Source of the DNA: Macrostomum lignano
Lineage: Eukaryota
NCBI GenBank assembly: GCA_002269645.1
Contig: NIVC01000217.1
Coordinates: forward strand, 310,001 to 374,000
Length of the DNA stretch: 64,000 nucleotides
Reading direction: 5' to 3'
A program made the translations under genes and the position numbers. A model generated the notes under the pieces. It saw only the letters and a program-made list of their open reading frames with translations, had not been told where the DNA came from and did not search any database. Every line of letters starts with the position of its first letter. Within the stretch, counting starts at the first letter, position 1. Of this stretch, positions 1 through 13,009 are shown piece by piece.

Positions 1-109
1 TATTTTCACTGTGTCGCTATGGGAAGATCCAAAAGCACCTGCAATCTCCAGAAGAAGACCCTAAAGTCAGGAGACCGTAAAATGTAATTGCGCAATGGCG
101 ATAAATAAC

Positions 110-405
110 CGTGCTGGTAGTTCTCTCGTCGCTTACCTTGAAGGCGGCCTGCAACTGGCCAGCTTGCGCCACGTCAACTTTCTGTTCTAGCGAGTTCGGT
201 CAGCGTCCAGGTCTGTGCGGCGAAGCAGGATCGCCTCGACCACCGCCTGGAAGAACGCAACCAACTAGCGATCAGGTAGGGTCTCGGACTGCAGTGCCAC
301 CTCAAATTGAAAGGCAGGCCAGGCAAACCGCGGCCACACTGCAGATCGTCACGGACGTTGGGAACCAGACAGCAGAGGCTGACATCGCGAAAGTTCCATC
401 GCCTT
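110..405 (-). mobile_element. Decayed 3' fragment of an RTE-like non-LTR retrotransposon
   Basis: Minus-strand frames give LVPNVRDDL..RGLAW, LQSETLPDR and QTWTLT. These align with LVPDVREDLRRRRGLAW, LQSEALPDR and ETWTLT of the element at 29008-32219. Stops and frameshifts are present. Confidence 0.7.
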
Positions 406-458
406 TCGGTGTCAGGCAAACTCTCAGTACGCTCAGTACACTGAACTCTTATTAGTGC

Positions 459-504
459 ACTGGCTTTTATCCAACCAGATTGTTTTTAGAAAACCGGTAT
501 AAAA
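459..504 (+). promoter_or_regulatory. Putative core promoter of WSC-PAN copy 1
   Basis: ACTGGC..TTTTATCCAACCAG (459-478) and TATAAAA (498-504), about 80 bp upstream of the ATG. A similar block precedes copy 2 at about 3424-3475. Confidence 0.5.
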
Positions 505-581
505 GAAGAAAAGTCGTTTTCATATTTTGCTACACTCATATGAGCAGCAGCAGAACTTAAATCCCATCTGCTCAAGTAACT

Positions 582-1294
582 ATGCTGAAGAACATCGCCT
601 GCATTGTGGGTCTCGCCGTCCCGGTGCTTTGTGTTGCCGGTAGAGTAACTCAGATGTCCTACATTGGCTGCTATATAGACGGTGAGACTAGAGACATGAA
701 AGGACTCTCTGGAGTGAGCAGAATTGGACAGTTTAGCACGTCCGGCATCGCTGTGAGCAGTGCCAGTATGACGCACGAGCTCTGCAGCAGCGTCTGCTCT
801 TTGGGCGGCTTCCCGTACTTCGGTATTCAGCTCAGTGAGCAGTGCATGTGCAGCACCTCCTGCGGATCTCTGGGAGCTGCTAGCGAGACCGACTGCAACC
901 GCTTTTGCACTGGGAACGGAGCTTCTAAATGCGGAGGCCCGTGGCGCAATTCCGTATTTGCTTTGACCTATCCGAGTAAGTTTTTATTACAACGTTTTTA
1001 TTAGAGTTTTCACATGTAATTTCGGCACATTTTGTAAAAGTTTGTGTAATTCTTTTAGAGAAACAGTACTTTGAGCAGTCGCAGAGGCCCACCCAGACGG
1101 TGGAGTCCATCCACAGCACCTACTGGACCAGCGCTGCCCGAACCGACATCGAGTGCATGGGGCTGTGCGAGGCCTCAGCTGCCTGCCAGGCTGTGATTTT
1201 CTCTGGCCAGCAGCGCCTGTGCCACCTACTGAGGTTCGCCTACCCGCCTGCCAGTTTGGGCAGCACCGATGGAGACTTCTTTGCTCGTGGCTGA
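582..1294 (+). CDS. Secreted WSC + PAN/Apple domain protein, copy 1 (divergent, intact, 209 aa)
   Basis: Exon 1 582-975, donor GTAAG, phase-1 intron 976-1058 ending TTTTAG, exon 2 1059-1294, in frame to TGA. Hydrophobic N-terminus. WSC cysteine pattern YIGCY..C..VC..YFG.Q....C.C....C...C.GN...CGG. PAN core C..LC....CQA.......C. Confidence 0.9.
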
Positions 1295-2706
1295 CTGACT
1301 TTTGATTCTGGCAGCCCATGGATTGGATGTGAAAAAGAAACCAACTAATTGTTCAGTTTAGGGGAAAATAACTGTATCAAAATTGGCTTTGAAAAAAATA
1401 AGCTTCCGATTAAAAAATTGATGTAATATTTTATCAGCTTTACATAGACTGCCCTGTCCATTTTCAAAATATGTACCGTGCTTACTGCTACTAGAGACAT
1501 AATTCGAGTGTATTTCATATTTTATAACAAACTACTCTACAAGTAAGATTAAATAATAACTAGGGTTTCTTTGTTTCTAAGTTTCTTTGTTATATTCAAG
1601 TTATTTTCTCTGGTCACAATAAAGTGTACAAGCTACGATTCAACGAAGTTTTTGAACGCCTATTTAAGACTACTGTTATAAACTTCTGTTTCCGATTTGG
1701 TTTTTTTCTTTGTTCAAATTGGTGCGTGGCTGTCAGCAGACTGACGTGGCAGCGTGGCATGCACAGGGTTGAAACCGTTTTGCTTGCAAAATGCAAATGA
1801 AAATAATTGGAATGAAAGATTAGTGAGAGATGTGGCAGGGCTCCTCAGCGGCAGCTCATTAGTTCCAAGTTGGTTTGCTATTGTAAAGCAGATATTGTAA
1901 TATATTACGTCAGTTTGAGGCAGGTATCTGACTCTAACTGGTTTTAAACCCCCCCGCGCCGGCCCGGCCTCGCTTTGGTGGGTTGGTGGGGTGCTGGTGC
2001 TCTGCGTGCGTGCAGGGCTTGGGGCAGCCTCCCCCCCCGCTCTGTGCTATTTAGTCACGCGTCGCGGCCGCTGAGTCGGCGTAATTTTGGCAAAATATAT
2101 TTTTTCTCTTTTAAATTACAAAATCAATATATTTCGTCGCTTAAGGGGTTCGTTTTCCCTTTCTGGGCCGCGTCTGCCGGTCTTTTGTGCCACTTGCTTT
2201 TACTCTGCGTTAGTCTTTTTGGGGTTTAATATATTATACCATTTATATTATATTACTGTCCTAAAGACTTGCGCATTCAGGAAAATAAAATCCCTCCTCC
2301 AAAAAATTACGGTGCAAAGCAGACCAGACCCGTATTAGTAAAATCAAAAAGTTGAATGATCTCCAAATCATCTTTCAATTATTTTCCGCCACGCTGTCGA
2401 TGGAGAACAGACTCAGCTGGACTCAGCTAGGTAGTCTGGCAGTTCAGGCATCATAAATAATGAATAGGCTTCTAGGATGGGGGCTGCAGCTGAGCTCAGC
2501 ATCGCAGTTTAGCCTGTTCAGAAGTTTCAGTTGATGGATAGACCAGCAACAGAGTTCTTTTTTGCAAAGCTTTTTTCACGGGCTTATGCTTCTAGAAGTC
2601 CTAATCCAGGGACCTGACCAGTGAATGGCTCTGACGTTCTTTTTTGCGGAAAAATTACCGGCAGATTTAAAATCCAGTTCGCACTTTCGTGAGCATGCTG
2701 CTACCT

Positions 2707-2810
2707 CAGGTACTTCTGTGGGCATTGCTGTTCTCGCAGGTAATTCTGTGGGCATTGCTGTTCTCGCAGGTAATTCTGTGGGCATTGCTGTTTTTGCAGG
2801 TACTTCTGTG
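2707..2810. repeat. 30-bp tandem repeat, about 3.4 copies
   Basis: Unit CAGGTA(C/A)TTCTGTGGGCATTGCTGTTCTCG repeated with no spacers. Confidence 0.9.
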
Positions 2811-3270
2811 CTTCAGGGCTCCTGAGATACAGCAGCTTATTAATCCTTGGTATTATTATATTTTATGACATTATAATTTTCTGCTAAATCCCTAGACAGC
2901 CAGGCAAATAAAATACCTTTACGCTCGTAAATGACAGTCAAAAAAGCATGACAAGCGAGACCCAGACCAATAAAAGCAGAAAAAAAATTAATGATGACCA
3001 ATTCATTTTTCAGTTTATCCCTCTCGGACTGAATAGGTAGCCGGGTATTTCATGCAGAGGGAAGCGCCCTTACAACGGTACGCATTCGCGATGTTTTGAG
3101 TGGGGAGGCAGCCCCTGATAGGGTGCAGCCCAAAAGCGCTAAACTTGCTAGTAGCTGGTTGCTAAGGTAATCCGCTCTGCCCTAGCAGGGGTGGCGGAGT
3201 TTAGCCCATTCGTTAAGATGGATGCGGCTCTCCCCTTTCCCAAGCCTCTGTACCTCACAGTACATCGTAG

Positions 3271-3386
3271 TGCCTGGGGTGCTAAAATGAGTGCCTGGGG
3301 CGCAAAATGAGTGCCTGGGGCGCTAAAATGAGTGCATGCGGCGCTAAAATGAGTGCATGCGGCGCTAAAATGAGTGCCTGTGGCGC
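3271..3386. repeat. About 21-bp minisatellite, about 5.5 copies
   Basis: Unit GCGCTAAAATGAGTGC(C/A)TG(G/C)G. Confidence 0.9.
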
Positions 3387-3534
3387 TTTACAGAATGAGT
3401 GGTGACAAGAGTACATTGAGCTCATTAGTGCACTGGATTTTATTAAACCAGATCGTTTCTAAAAAGCCTATACAAAAACACAAAGATAAGTTTTCATCTT
3501 TTAGCAGAGCTGAATCCTATCTACCCAAGTAACT

Positions 3535-3735
3535 ATGCTCAAGACCATAGTCTGCATTGTGGGTCTCGCCGTTCCAGTGCTTTGTGCTGCCCGTAGAATA
3601 ACTCAGGTGTCCTACATTGGCTGCTATGTAGACGGTGAGGCTTGAAACATGAAAGTACTCACTGGAGTGAGCAGAATCGGACGGTTTAGCATCGACGGCC
3701 CCGATGTGGGAAGTACGAGTATGACGCTGACGCTT
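3535..3735 (+). pseudogene. WSC-PAN copy 2, truncated pseudogene
   Basis: MLKTIVCIVGLAVPVLCAARRITQVSYIGCYVDGEA* is a close paralog of copy 1. In-frame TGA at 3643-3645; homology ends near 3730, before most of the WSC domain. Confidence 0.8.
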
Positions 3736-4085
3736 GAGAAGCCACTGATACGTCTAGGGCATACGATCTGTGGTCTAAGGTAGACTTGAAGACAGTTTCA
3801 CAATATACATGTGACACTGTACTTGTACTTTGCTAAATTTAATTGTTTTAAATTTATAAAAAGTCACTCAAGATATCCCATGAATGCGATCTTCGCACTC
3901 AAAAGCCGATGCTTACTTTTTGATTGCCTGATGGAAAACTTTACATCTGTTTATGGAAATAACGATCGAAATTGAATCTTATATATTTAATGACTCAACG
4001 ACAACGACTGTGAACTACACAGTTTCTTCAACTTTTTCCAGTTGGAGCATCTTAGACTTTTAGCTTCATCAAGACTCAGTCAGCC

Positions 4086-4733
4086 TCACAGCTTCATCCA
4101 GACCCACTCAGCCTCGCTGGCCACCTCAGTGGGCACAGCGGTGAGCCTCAGCGGGTGGCATACGCGGTTCGAAGGCACGAAGGCGCAGCCCTGACAGTCC
4201 GCTATCTGGTAGCAGGCGGCAGCGCACTCGATCGCACTCATAGCAAAGACGCTGCGGTGGGTGATGAAGCTTGAGTAAGCCGTGATGGCAGGCATTGCAG
4301 CGACCTTCGTCTTCAACATCGAATGGTCAACTGCGGGTAATAGTTTTTTTCTTGGTTGCCGTTTAAAGTGTCATTTCACAGGGCATTCTGTCTGACATTC
4401 GCTGGCAGGCGCGGCACCCAGAGAGCCGTAGGCGGAGCCGCAGCTGCAGTAAATTCCGTTCTGAGCTCCGAAGTAGTGAAAGCGGCCATAGGCGCAGATC
4501 TTAGCGCACATCTGCAGCGTCATGGCGGCCTCTCTGACCACAGCTGGATAGCCAGATACCGTAGCGAACGGACCAACCGTGACAATCCCGACCAAACCGC
4601 GCAGGTCCCGGCTGTAGCCGCTGCTGTCAATAAAACAGCCGATGTGATTTATGGTCACCACATTTTGCTGTACTGCGACACCAACTCTGGTCCAAATCAG
4701 AAGGAAAATGAGTTGACCAGCTTTCGACAGCAT
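4086..4733 (-). pseudogene. WSC-PAN copy 3 (most divergent), probably disrupted
   Basis: ATG at 4733 (MLSKAGQLIFLLIW signal peptide), TATA-like motif near 4785-4791. The WSC stops at ECPVK* (4371) and lacks the GN..CGG..NSVF segment and the phase-1 donor. A phase-1 PAN exon 4330-4086 follows the acceptor CGCAG. Confidence 0.7.
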
Positions 4734-6344
4734 TTTATCTTTAAAAAGGAGGGAGCGCTTTGTGTTTAGTTGGATTGTCAATGACTTTTATATTCATCGT
4801 TGTGCCGGTAACCATGGAATTAATTTCTAGATGCATAGGTCCACTGGCCTATTTGTCCCACCATAGGGAGGCTGTTGGCTCAAGACTTTAGCACGATTTT
4901 GCTTCATGCCGTTCCTGTTGTGTAGGTCACGATTGCTTCATAATTTCCAGAAACCAGCTTCTAAACAAAGCTTGAAGCGGATTAAAACAGCAAGAGATTT
5001 TCTTCCGGTATTTTTTACTTTCAAAACAAGACCACCAGTTTTTTGCAGGTGTTTACAGGGCTTGTCCGCGTCAAACGTGAGTTTAAACGCTGCAAGATTT
5101 TATTTATTTATAGGGACTAAAACTGAAGCTGTTGTACACTGTTTTTGTGCAGTGGGTAGCACGTAAAATCTACTACTACTGCAAACCCATGCAGGTTAGA
5201 AGAAAATCCTAAGCAAATGTTGATGTCAAGCCTTGCCGATTCTATACAAAAATTCTGATCCCAGGGCACTTGCTGTATTGACTTGGTGCATTAAACCATT
5301 CACAAGACAATTACATCATAGCCCGGTCGGTAAACATACGCAAAATTGCATTGGAAGCTCGCCTCCCACCGGCTTGTCTTCTCTACCAGCCAATCGTACC
5401 AGACAGTACTCATACTCTCAAAGAGCGAGGCTAAATACTAAGATATATTGCTTGAAAATCTTCAAAGAATTCTGGCGCTCTGCTAAGAGATAATGTCTTG
5501 GAGTAAACTTCATTTAACCATTCTGGCAAATGAATTTTCAGCGCAAATTCAATTCTGCTACTCATTAGTAATATAAGGGCTCTGGAAATTTAAGAAAAGA
5601 GAAGCCGAAAATTTGAGAATCAGAGGCGCGATTAACAAGAATATAACAAGAATATTTTTATGCATCATTTGAATGTATGTGCTTTTTATAATGTATCCTG
5701 CGTCCCTTGAAACTATATATTAATTATTTCAGTCAGTGTTTATTCAGTAGTGTGTTTTCTTTTCCGCGATACTTACTGTACGTACTTTATTGCTATTGTT
5801 TTACTGTATGTTAATTCCTATTGTATTTGAAACGCGAATGCGCTGTGTTTGGTGTTCGGGTTCCTAGGCGCCGTGGTAGTTGTAGAGTAGCGTAGTCATT
5901 CCAGAATTCGAGTCCATCCAGTGTAAATAAAATATCTAATTACTTTTACTGCAAAAATAGATTAAACAAATATATATGAAATAAATAAGGGCGCATTTCA
6001 CCCACCAAGCAAGGACGCATTCATTCATTCATCTGTCATCACAACAAATATTGTTTGAATTGTTCGACTTCAAAGAAGTTTATTTTACAGAGTTACAATT
6101 CAAATTTTATTCTTCCAATGAGTTTTAGCTACTTTATCTGCTATGGTCGAATTTTTGATACGATATATATATTTACCTTTTTTAACACTGTTTGAAAAAC
6201 TTCCCACTAGTTTGTACTGACTTACGTGTATAAAATACACTAATAATCCAAATAAGGCAAATCCTGCAAACTGATAATTCAGACACTTATTGGTCCTTGA
6301 AGACAGCCATCAGAAATTATGGCGGGATATTTTCAAAGCAATTC

Positions 6345-6510
6345 CCGGCCCCATAAGCCTGAAAATCTCATCAATTACTCCCATGAGCCACAGCATTTTA
6401 ATAATTACCCAATGAACCTCGACAATTCATGAATTCCCCATGACATCTTAGCAATTCAACCCATAAGCCTTAACCACTCAGCAGCCCTAAGAAACCCAAA
6501 AATTTTATGG
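6345..6510. repeat. Degenerate ~28-30-bp repeat related to the 58690-59760 family
   Basis: Recurrent CCCATAAGCCTT..A.ATCT.AGCAATT-like units. Confidence 0.45.
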
Positions 6511-7982
6511 GGGACTGACATGGCACTTTTTAGGCTTGCCATGGCGCAGTTTTAAGAAGTAAAAATACAGAAAGCCACTGTTAATGCCGAATTCTGGGCA
6601 ATTCTGGGCAATTCCCAATTATTCTTGCGCAGAATTGTCTTTGCAAGTAGCTGCAGAAATAAAACAGTTTTAACAGAGCCTATCTGCTACAGTCATCGCT
6701 ACGAGATCGAAAAGAATGAGCCAAGAAAAGTTGTCGGCGAGAGGAAGTGGCAACAGGAGGAAATGCTGCTTTCCTGGTTCAGCCACGGCCAACAAGCGAA
6801 GATATGTACGAGTATTTTTAGCTGGGGCAAACAATGTCCGCTCCTTGTCGCACAGATCTGAAAGGAGGGAAGCCTATAGAATCGGCATCAGCTTCGCAGC
6901 TTCCTGAGAAAAAAACCTTCTCTCTCGCGGCTTAATTGTCAGAGAGACAAAGATTCGGAGCGAAGACACAAAACAATTTCCGTTGATTGTCTTGTAAGAA
7001 GCAAGAAGATGGAGCAATAATTTTTAGCTCGCAGCAGTCAGAGTGGCTGAGCTCAGGCTGAACTGCTTTGCTCAGCCCAGTGTTCAAAGTGAGTCAAAAT
7101 TCACAGTAGCTAAAACCTGAAATGAAAAATAGAAACAGGACCAAGCAATCAAGCAGTCTTATTTAAACAAAATATGTAGTTCTTAGCCTACATAACTACT
7201 TATACTATGGTAAATAAAAAGCGCGTTCTTTAAGAACTTCACAAGGGCGCTAGAATAATTCAGAGTGACGATGACGATCCTCGAATGAGCAGGCTGTCGC
7301 GATTGGAGCTGCAGTGTGAGATACTTTTTATGGGCCAATCGCTCATGAGCTCGATGATGCTCAGGTGAGAGCAGCGAAGATGAGCGAGAGGAAGGTAGAG
7401 TTTTTAGTAACCAGGAGCATGTTGAGCTGTCTGCAACTGCATAAAAGACAAAATATTAATGAAAATTCCAAGTGCGCTATTTGGATTTCGAATACCAAAA
7501 CTTTTAGAAAATTTTGAGAATCTGAACTATAGAACGGAATTTACTGATAAGTCAATTGTATTCCTGACCTGAAAACGATCGATACAATAAAATTGTTTAA
7601 TTTTTGCATCGATTTGCATATAAAACAAGCAAATTTAGCTTTTTTTGGAAGAAACGCAATGGATAGCTCATATCAAAAAGAAATTATGGTCAAGAGTTGC
7701 TCTCAAAATTTGGGATATTCTTTCTGTTTATTCATAGATGAGCGTACAGAGCATCATTTTATATCATACATAATTAGAGCTTGCTTTCAACATGCGTTTA
7801 CGAGCGTAGGCTCACACCATTCAGATATTGCTTTCAGATGAGTTTAGTCCCAATTATTCTTATCACACCCGTTATTTAAAGACTAATTGATTCCAAGGGA
7901 ATGACAAATTAATTAATTTTCCCTCCTAAAATAAAAATGTCAATCAGTCGTGTACATTTTGATGCCTTTTCAGTCTCATTCA

Positions 7983-9000
7983 ACGCTCCTTCTACCGCCC
8001 TTGAGTATTCTTGTACTGTCCCATATTATCCTACTAAGCGATGCAGTGCTTATCTTCCATTTTTATCGGCGATTGGCGGCCCGAAACTACCCGTTGCTCG
8101 ATTACGACGTTAAGTCGGTAGGACCGATCGCTTGAACGGCGCCTCGCTGAGGAAGGCTGCACCAGTGCGTCCAGTCGCGTGCTAAGTTTGTGGGTTTGCT
8201 AAGTTTGTGTCCTGGTGCATCAGATTCCGGCATTTTTGAGCACTCGCAAACAGCCGAATGCCAGCAAGGACTCCTCATGACTCAATACCGCCGCACTCTG
8301 TATTCCCTACCGCACCACTGAGCCCAAAGATTCAAGAATTCAAAATGGGGCTTTCAATGAAAATAAAGAGCCAATCAAAATAAAATTAAAAACAGAGGGC
8401 AGAAGCACGGCTGGGACATTTCAGCATTCAAGCTTCTCAGTCGGATGACGGACAAGGTGGTCCATGGTTTGAAGGCTCGAAAACTTCGACTTCAACACAA
8501 CCGCTCCAATCTATCCCGAACATTCTTTTGAAGCCATACAGTCGATATATAGCTCTAGTCGTCTCTTAGCTCTGTTAAAATACACTGATAATAATAAGAT
8601 AAAATAAGATATTAGGATAATAATAATGATAAATGATAATAATAAGTGAAACACTGAAAGACCTAGCTGATAAATATCGGCAGGTCTGTATCTAAACATC
8701 ACCATAACTTATTTATCATCCTAGAGCGACGGACACTCCTTGCATTGCACCGGACCGTCATCTTTGCTCACACCAAAGAAAAGCTAGTTGAATGAATTTA
8801 CTACAGCTACTCCAAGGCAGATGAAGAAATCTGTAGAGCATTGCATGATTTATAATGATGAGCAGCAATAAGGAGTCGAACTTTTGTTGCTCGATATCAA
8901 TTTCTACAACCGAATTCTGGTTCGAGCTTCACATCTGCTTTTTTTCTAAATCCTGATCTCCAGAGAGCATCAGTCTCCGTGCTCTGAAAATGTTGCATAT
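7983..9000. repeat. Partial copy of unidentified decayed element X (3' flank of copy 4)
   Basis: Shares CTACTAAGCGATGCA, GCACCAGTGCGTCCAGT, TCCATGGTTTGAAGGCTC and GCATTGCATGATTT with 36620-37450 and 46770-47530. Confidence 0.8.
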
Positions 9001-9492
9001 AATGGGCTCACCTTGAAAAAAATCACTTCTTTATTATGCACTGTACGTCACTCTAACTCTAAAGATTTATAGTTCAGTTCTTTTTCATCCTACATATGTT
9101 ATGAGCAACAGGCTAAGAGGAAATTTATTATTATTCACAGCAGATCTTTGAATATTTTTAGGGTTTTTCTTTGTTTAATCATTCTTCAATCATCAGTTCA
9201 AAATTGCAAAGAAGCAAAGCAATTAAAATATTTTTTCAGAGTTGCAATTTGGCTTTGTCAAAGCCAAGCCAGGCTTTCATGATAGTTTTGCAAATTCACC
9301 GTAAGGACTTACGTCTTCATGCTTTATTTCGAATAAAAGATGTTATAATAGCAACTTTAGGCTAGTAACAAGCCGCACTGTATTTTACGCACTCATTTTC
9401 AGAGGATATTAAGGTGTGAGTCAGTGTTTATTCATGGTTTTAAAATCGTCCTTGATTATCAAGAGTCGTCCAAAAAGTCATCGCGTTGTTTC

Positions 9493-10208
9493 TCAGCCAC
9501 GCTGGTAGAGAGTCCAGTCGGGTCCGGTCAGGCTGGCTGGCGGGTAGGCGAACGCCAGCAGGTGGCAGGCGAGCAGCCGCTTGGAGAAAACGGCGGCCTG
9601 GCAGTCGGCTCTGGCGCTGCACTTGGCCAGGCAGTGCATGACGGATGGGGTAGCGGCCGGCCAGAACGAGGTCTTGCTGGTCTCCACAGTGAGGGTGGAA
9701 TTCTTCAACATCTTGTAGAAATTGTTTTCTGAAATGGATTTGTTTAGAAATTTCTTTGTATTAATATTTGTGGTAAATATTTTCAATATATTTTAACATT
9801 ACTCGGGTAGGCCAAAGAGAAAATGGAGCTGGTGCCGAAACCTCCGCAAGTCTGCAGCGAGTTTCCAGCGCACTGCATGTCGCACTTGCTATCGTCAAGT
9901 TTTCCATGTAATCCATAGCTTGTGCCGCAGAAGCACTGCTCGCTGAACTGCACTCCGAAGTAGGGGAAGCCGCCCAGAGAACAGACGTCGCTGCAGAATT
10001 CGAGCGACATGTCACCGTTATTTATTATGCCGATATTAGCATCAATGGTGTACAGCCCAAGCCTGCTCACTCCTTTCAGCGCGGTCAAGTCTCTGTTAGA
10101 GTTGTCACCGTCTTGGTAGCATCCGACGTACGAGATTTGAGCAACCCTGCCTGCACCACAGGTCAGTAGAGCGCACAGCAACAGTGACTGAAACATGCAT
10201 ATGCTCAT
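9493..10208 (-). CDS. Secreted WSC + PAN/Apple domain protein, copy 4 (intact, 213 aa)
   Basis: Exon 1 10208-9803 (406 nt), 74-nt GT-AG intron 9802-9729, exon 2 9728-9493 (236 nt), in frame to TGA. Eight WSC cysteines and four PAN cysteines. Confidence 0.92.
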
Positions 10209-10275
10209 TGAGAAGAGCAACTGGCTTTAATTTTTAAGCAAAGTAGTTTAATGCATCTCAAGGCGTGTGTTACTC

Positions 10276-10334
10276 TTTTATAGTTTAGTGAGTACTGGCA
10301 GCAGTAATTAGCTGCTTAATTTTATCCAATCAGC
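10276..10334 (-). promoter_or_regulatory. TATA box plus CCAAT-containing module of copy 4
   Basis: TATAAAA on the minus strand at 10276-10282 and TTTTATCCAATCAGC at 10320-10334. Conserved at 33884-33938 and 41453-41512. Confidence 0.55.
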
Positions 10335-10992
10335 TTTAAGATCGCAGTTTTTTACAACAGATAGAAACTAGACGAAGGTATTTGCCATGTTAAGTACTGA
10401 TTATGACCTAGTTTGGTATTTGTGGCTATTTTAACAGCCAGAAAGCAGATTAACGTAAACTATAAACATCTGATCTCAGATCTGACTGCTGTTGTTGCGG
10501 TTTTTGTGGTAAAATGAGACTGAGAACTACTTTTAGATAAAACAGGCGGCATTGTAGTGTAAACTCACTATGACTTTTATTTTTTGTCCCAGAGGTCTCC
10601 ATAGTTTTGATAACTTGAGAATTTTAAGCTCTGGGGTCAATGGTGACGTTATCAAGCAGCAGCTCTCGTATTTGTGCCGTTTCGGCCCTAGGAAGCATAG
10701 ACATATTTCTATTGTGTCATACTTCGCGGGCCGCATCATTTCATTTCGGCCCGCTTCTAGATGCAGGGCTAAGCTAAATATGCAGTTTTCGATATACCAT
10801 TTTTACCATAGACTATAATCCCGGGCCGAATCGTTGTTTCTGCCCGCAGCGTGGCTGAGTGCAAAAACTGGGGTGGGGGGCTTCGCCCCTACATTTAAAC
10901 CATAGATAAAATCAACCAGAGTCTGACTACATTTAAGTAGTGGATATCAGAATTCTTTTCATTCTGAATTTAACTTCGTTTTTTGTCAACCT

Positions 10993-11290
10993 GCTGAGCT
11001 AGAGAAAAATGATCAATTTGTCAAGAATTGCGACTATACATATCTCCGGACTTGACACTCTATGGATGAAATCAAGGCTGTAACAGGTCAGTGTTCAGTT
11101 GTTTTTGTAGTGTGCTAATTTATAGATTATATAAGCATCACTCGAAAGAAACCGATTTTTTGTAGGTCATCGCTGCGATGAATCCGTCAATCGATACACC
11201 AAGCGCATCTCTGAGAAGAGAAAGATCCAGGTTCTCGCAGTCTTACGGAGGCATTGCACTCAGAGTCGAAGATTTCGAAGGTGGTTTTAA
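10993..11290 (+). mobile_element. Spliced remnant of a Crypton-type tyrosine recombinase C-terminus
   Basis: Joining across a 79-nt GT-AG intron (11087-11165) gives HSMDEIKAVTG|HRCDESVNRYTKRISEKRK, matching the I.A.TGH....S...Y motif of Crypton/DUF3504-type recombinases. One in-frame stop lies upstream and the HxxR motif is decayed. Confidence 0.55.
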
Positions 11291-13009
11291 TGGAGTACCG
11301 CCAGACGGAGTACAATGAGCCTGGTTCGTCGCGCAACCCAATAGCTACTCTGGATAAGGATGGAGCTAAAATTAGCTTTTTTCTTTTATAGAGGCAAGCG
11401 GTGAATGGAAGCAAGATGTGAACCTGAAACGGACAATTAATTTTCCTACATTGTCACATTAATTTTCTACATTTAATGGTTATTTGTTACAACTTTTAAG
11501 TATACGTTAATTACGAGTACATATGTTATACTCAATCGTTCTGGTAAAAGTTTGGCCATAGAATAGCCTCACATATCTTCATTTCGGCCCGCGATATGGC
11601 CTGCGAAATCTAGACACAATAAACACCTAATTACATTCACACAGTTTCATCCTTGTAATTTCAGTTATTTGCTTGTAAACATTTTAGCTCGATGTATGCA
11701 GCTACGAGCAGCAGATCGAAACTACAGCAATTTTTTGCTTCCACACATCGGTAACGTTAACGTTGTCAGCAGCGTTGTCAGCAATTTATTTTGATACTTC
11801 CAGCTGCAATGCGTGCATTTTCTACAGCTAATTTTAGGACGATTCTGAATATTAACATTACTATTATAAGATGTGTATACTAAACTAGAAATTAACTAAT
11901 TGTTACAATATGCGTTGAAGATATTCAGAGTTTCAGAAAAAGCTGAAAGCGAACATCCATAGACTTTGAATTAAGCGAAAAATTCAGGCGGCTAAAATTG
12001 TGCATTGAACGAGCTAAAGACATAAGTGGACGTTGGGCTGTGGACGTTGTTAGACGTCAGTTTCCTACGTCTGACGATTTTAAACGTCAAAAATCGTTAC
12101 AACTTTCAACGCAGCTATTTGCGTGGTGCATCTGAAGGCTGCGTACGGCTGTTGTGGACCATGCCTAGGTTCCAAGCCTCCCCCCCTCAGTTTGGTTGGC
12201 TTTTTTAGCGCGAAGCGGACGGCCTTGATCACGCCAAATGGCGCAACGATTCGTAATTCAATCTGCACTAGTTTTTGCCCTGCTCGGTTATAGTGCGTTA
12301 TGCACTTGTTTTTTGCCCTCCTACCCATTGTCTCGGGTGGCCTCCCCGGTGACCAGTTCTGGCTGGTTAGGGATAAGTGCTCTGGCCCTTTGTTTGAGCC
12401 GTCTCACTCCCCCCGCGGCCTGATTGGTCGTTCGGCTGTTTTAGCTGCGCTGGGCAGCTCCGATTGGCTAGGTGAGGCTTCCCTCTCTGTCACTTACCCT
12501 TTTTTCTCTGTCCAAGCCGGTTTGGCGGTATTTATGCGTCCCATTTTACTTAGAAAAGACTCTCGCTCGCCGCTTTCGGCCATTTTCCTTGCTGCGATTG
12601 TATTCCTGTGTTTGTTAAGCGACAAAACCAAAAATAAACAGACGAAGCGCGGAGAAAGCTAGACAGAGATTAGAGAATATATTCAGATATAGATCATACA
12701 AACCTAGAGATTAGAGACTCAGCAGCTTAAAGAAACAAGCAGCAAATGAGCAAACTCGACCCGAGTTTCGCCTGATTGATTAAACTGGTAAACTGGTGAG
12801 CTGATTATTGTGCGTATTTTACTCTGGTGGCGAAGTGCCTTCAGATCAGAAGCTCCCTGATTTCCAGCCACTCAATCGGCTCGATCAGCAAAACAGATGC
12901 CAGAAGTGCCATTTTGCGCAATGGTGTCAAAATAGTGGACTGTCTGTATGCTAATTAGGATCTTAATGCTGCATGAGATTGTTGTTGCCATGCTCTGCTT
13001 ATCCTCTTT

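Noticed and set aside
2707-3386. 30-bp and 21-bp repeats as a possible CRISPR array
   Set aside because: No unique spacers, no cas genes, and the context is eukaryotic.
6620-7020. Possible hAT transposase C-terminal remnant
   Set aside because: Only scattered residues fit (CPLL, GLIV); too weak to call.
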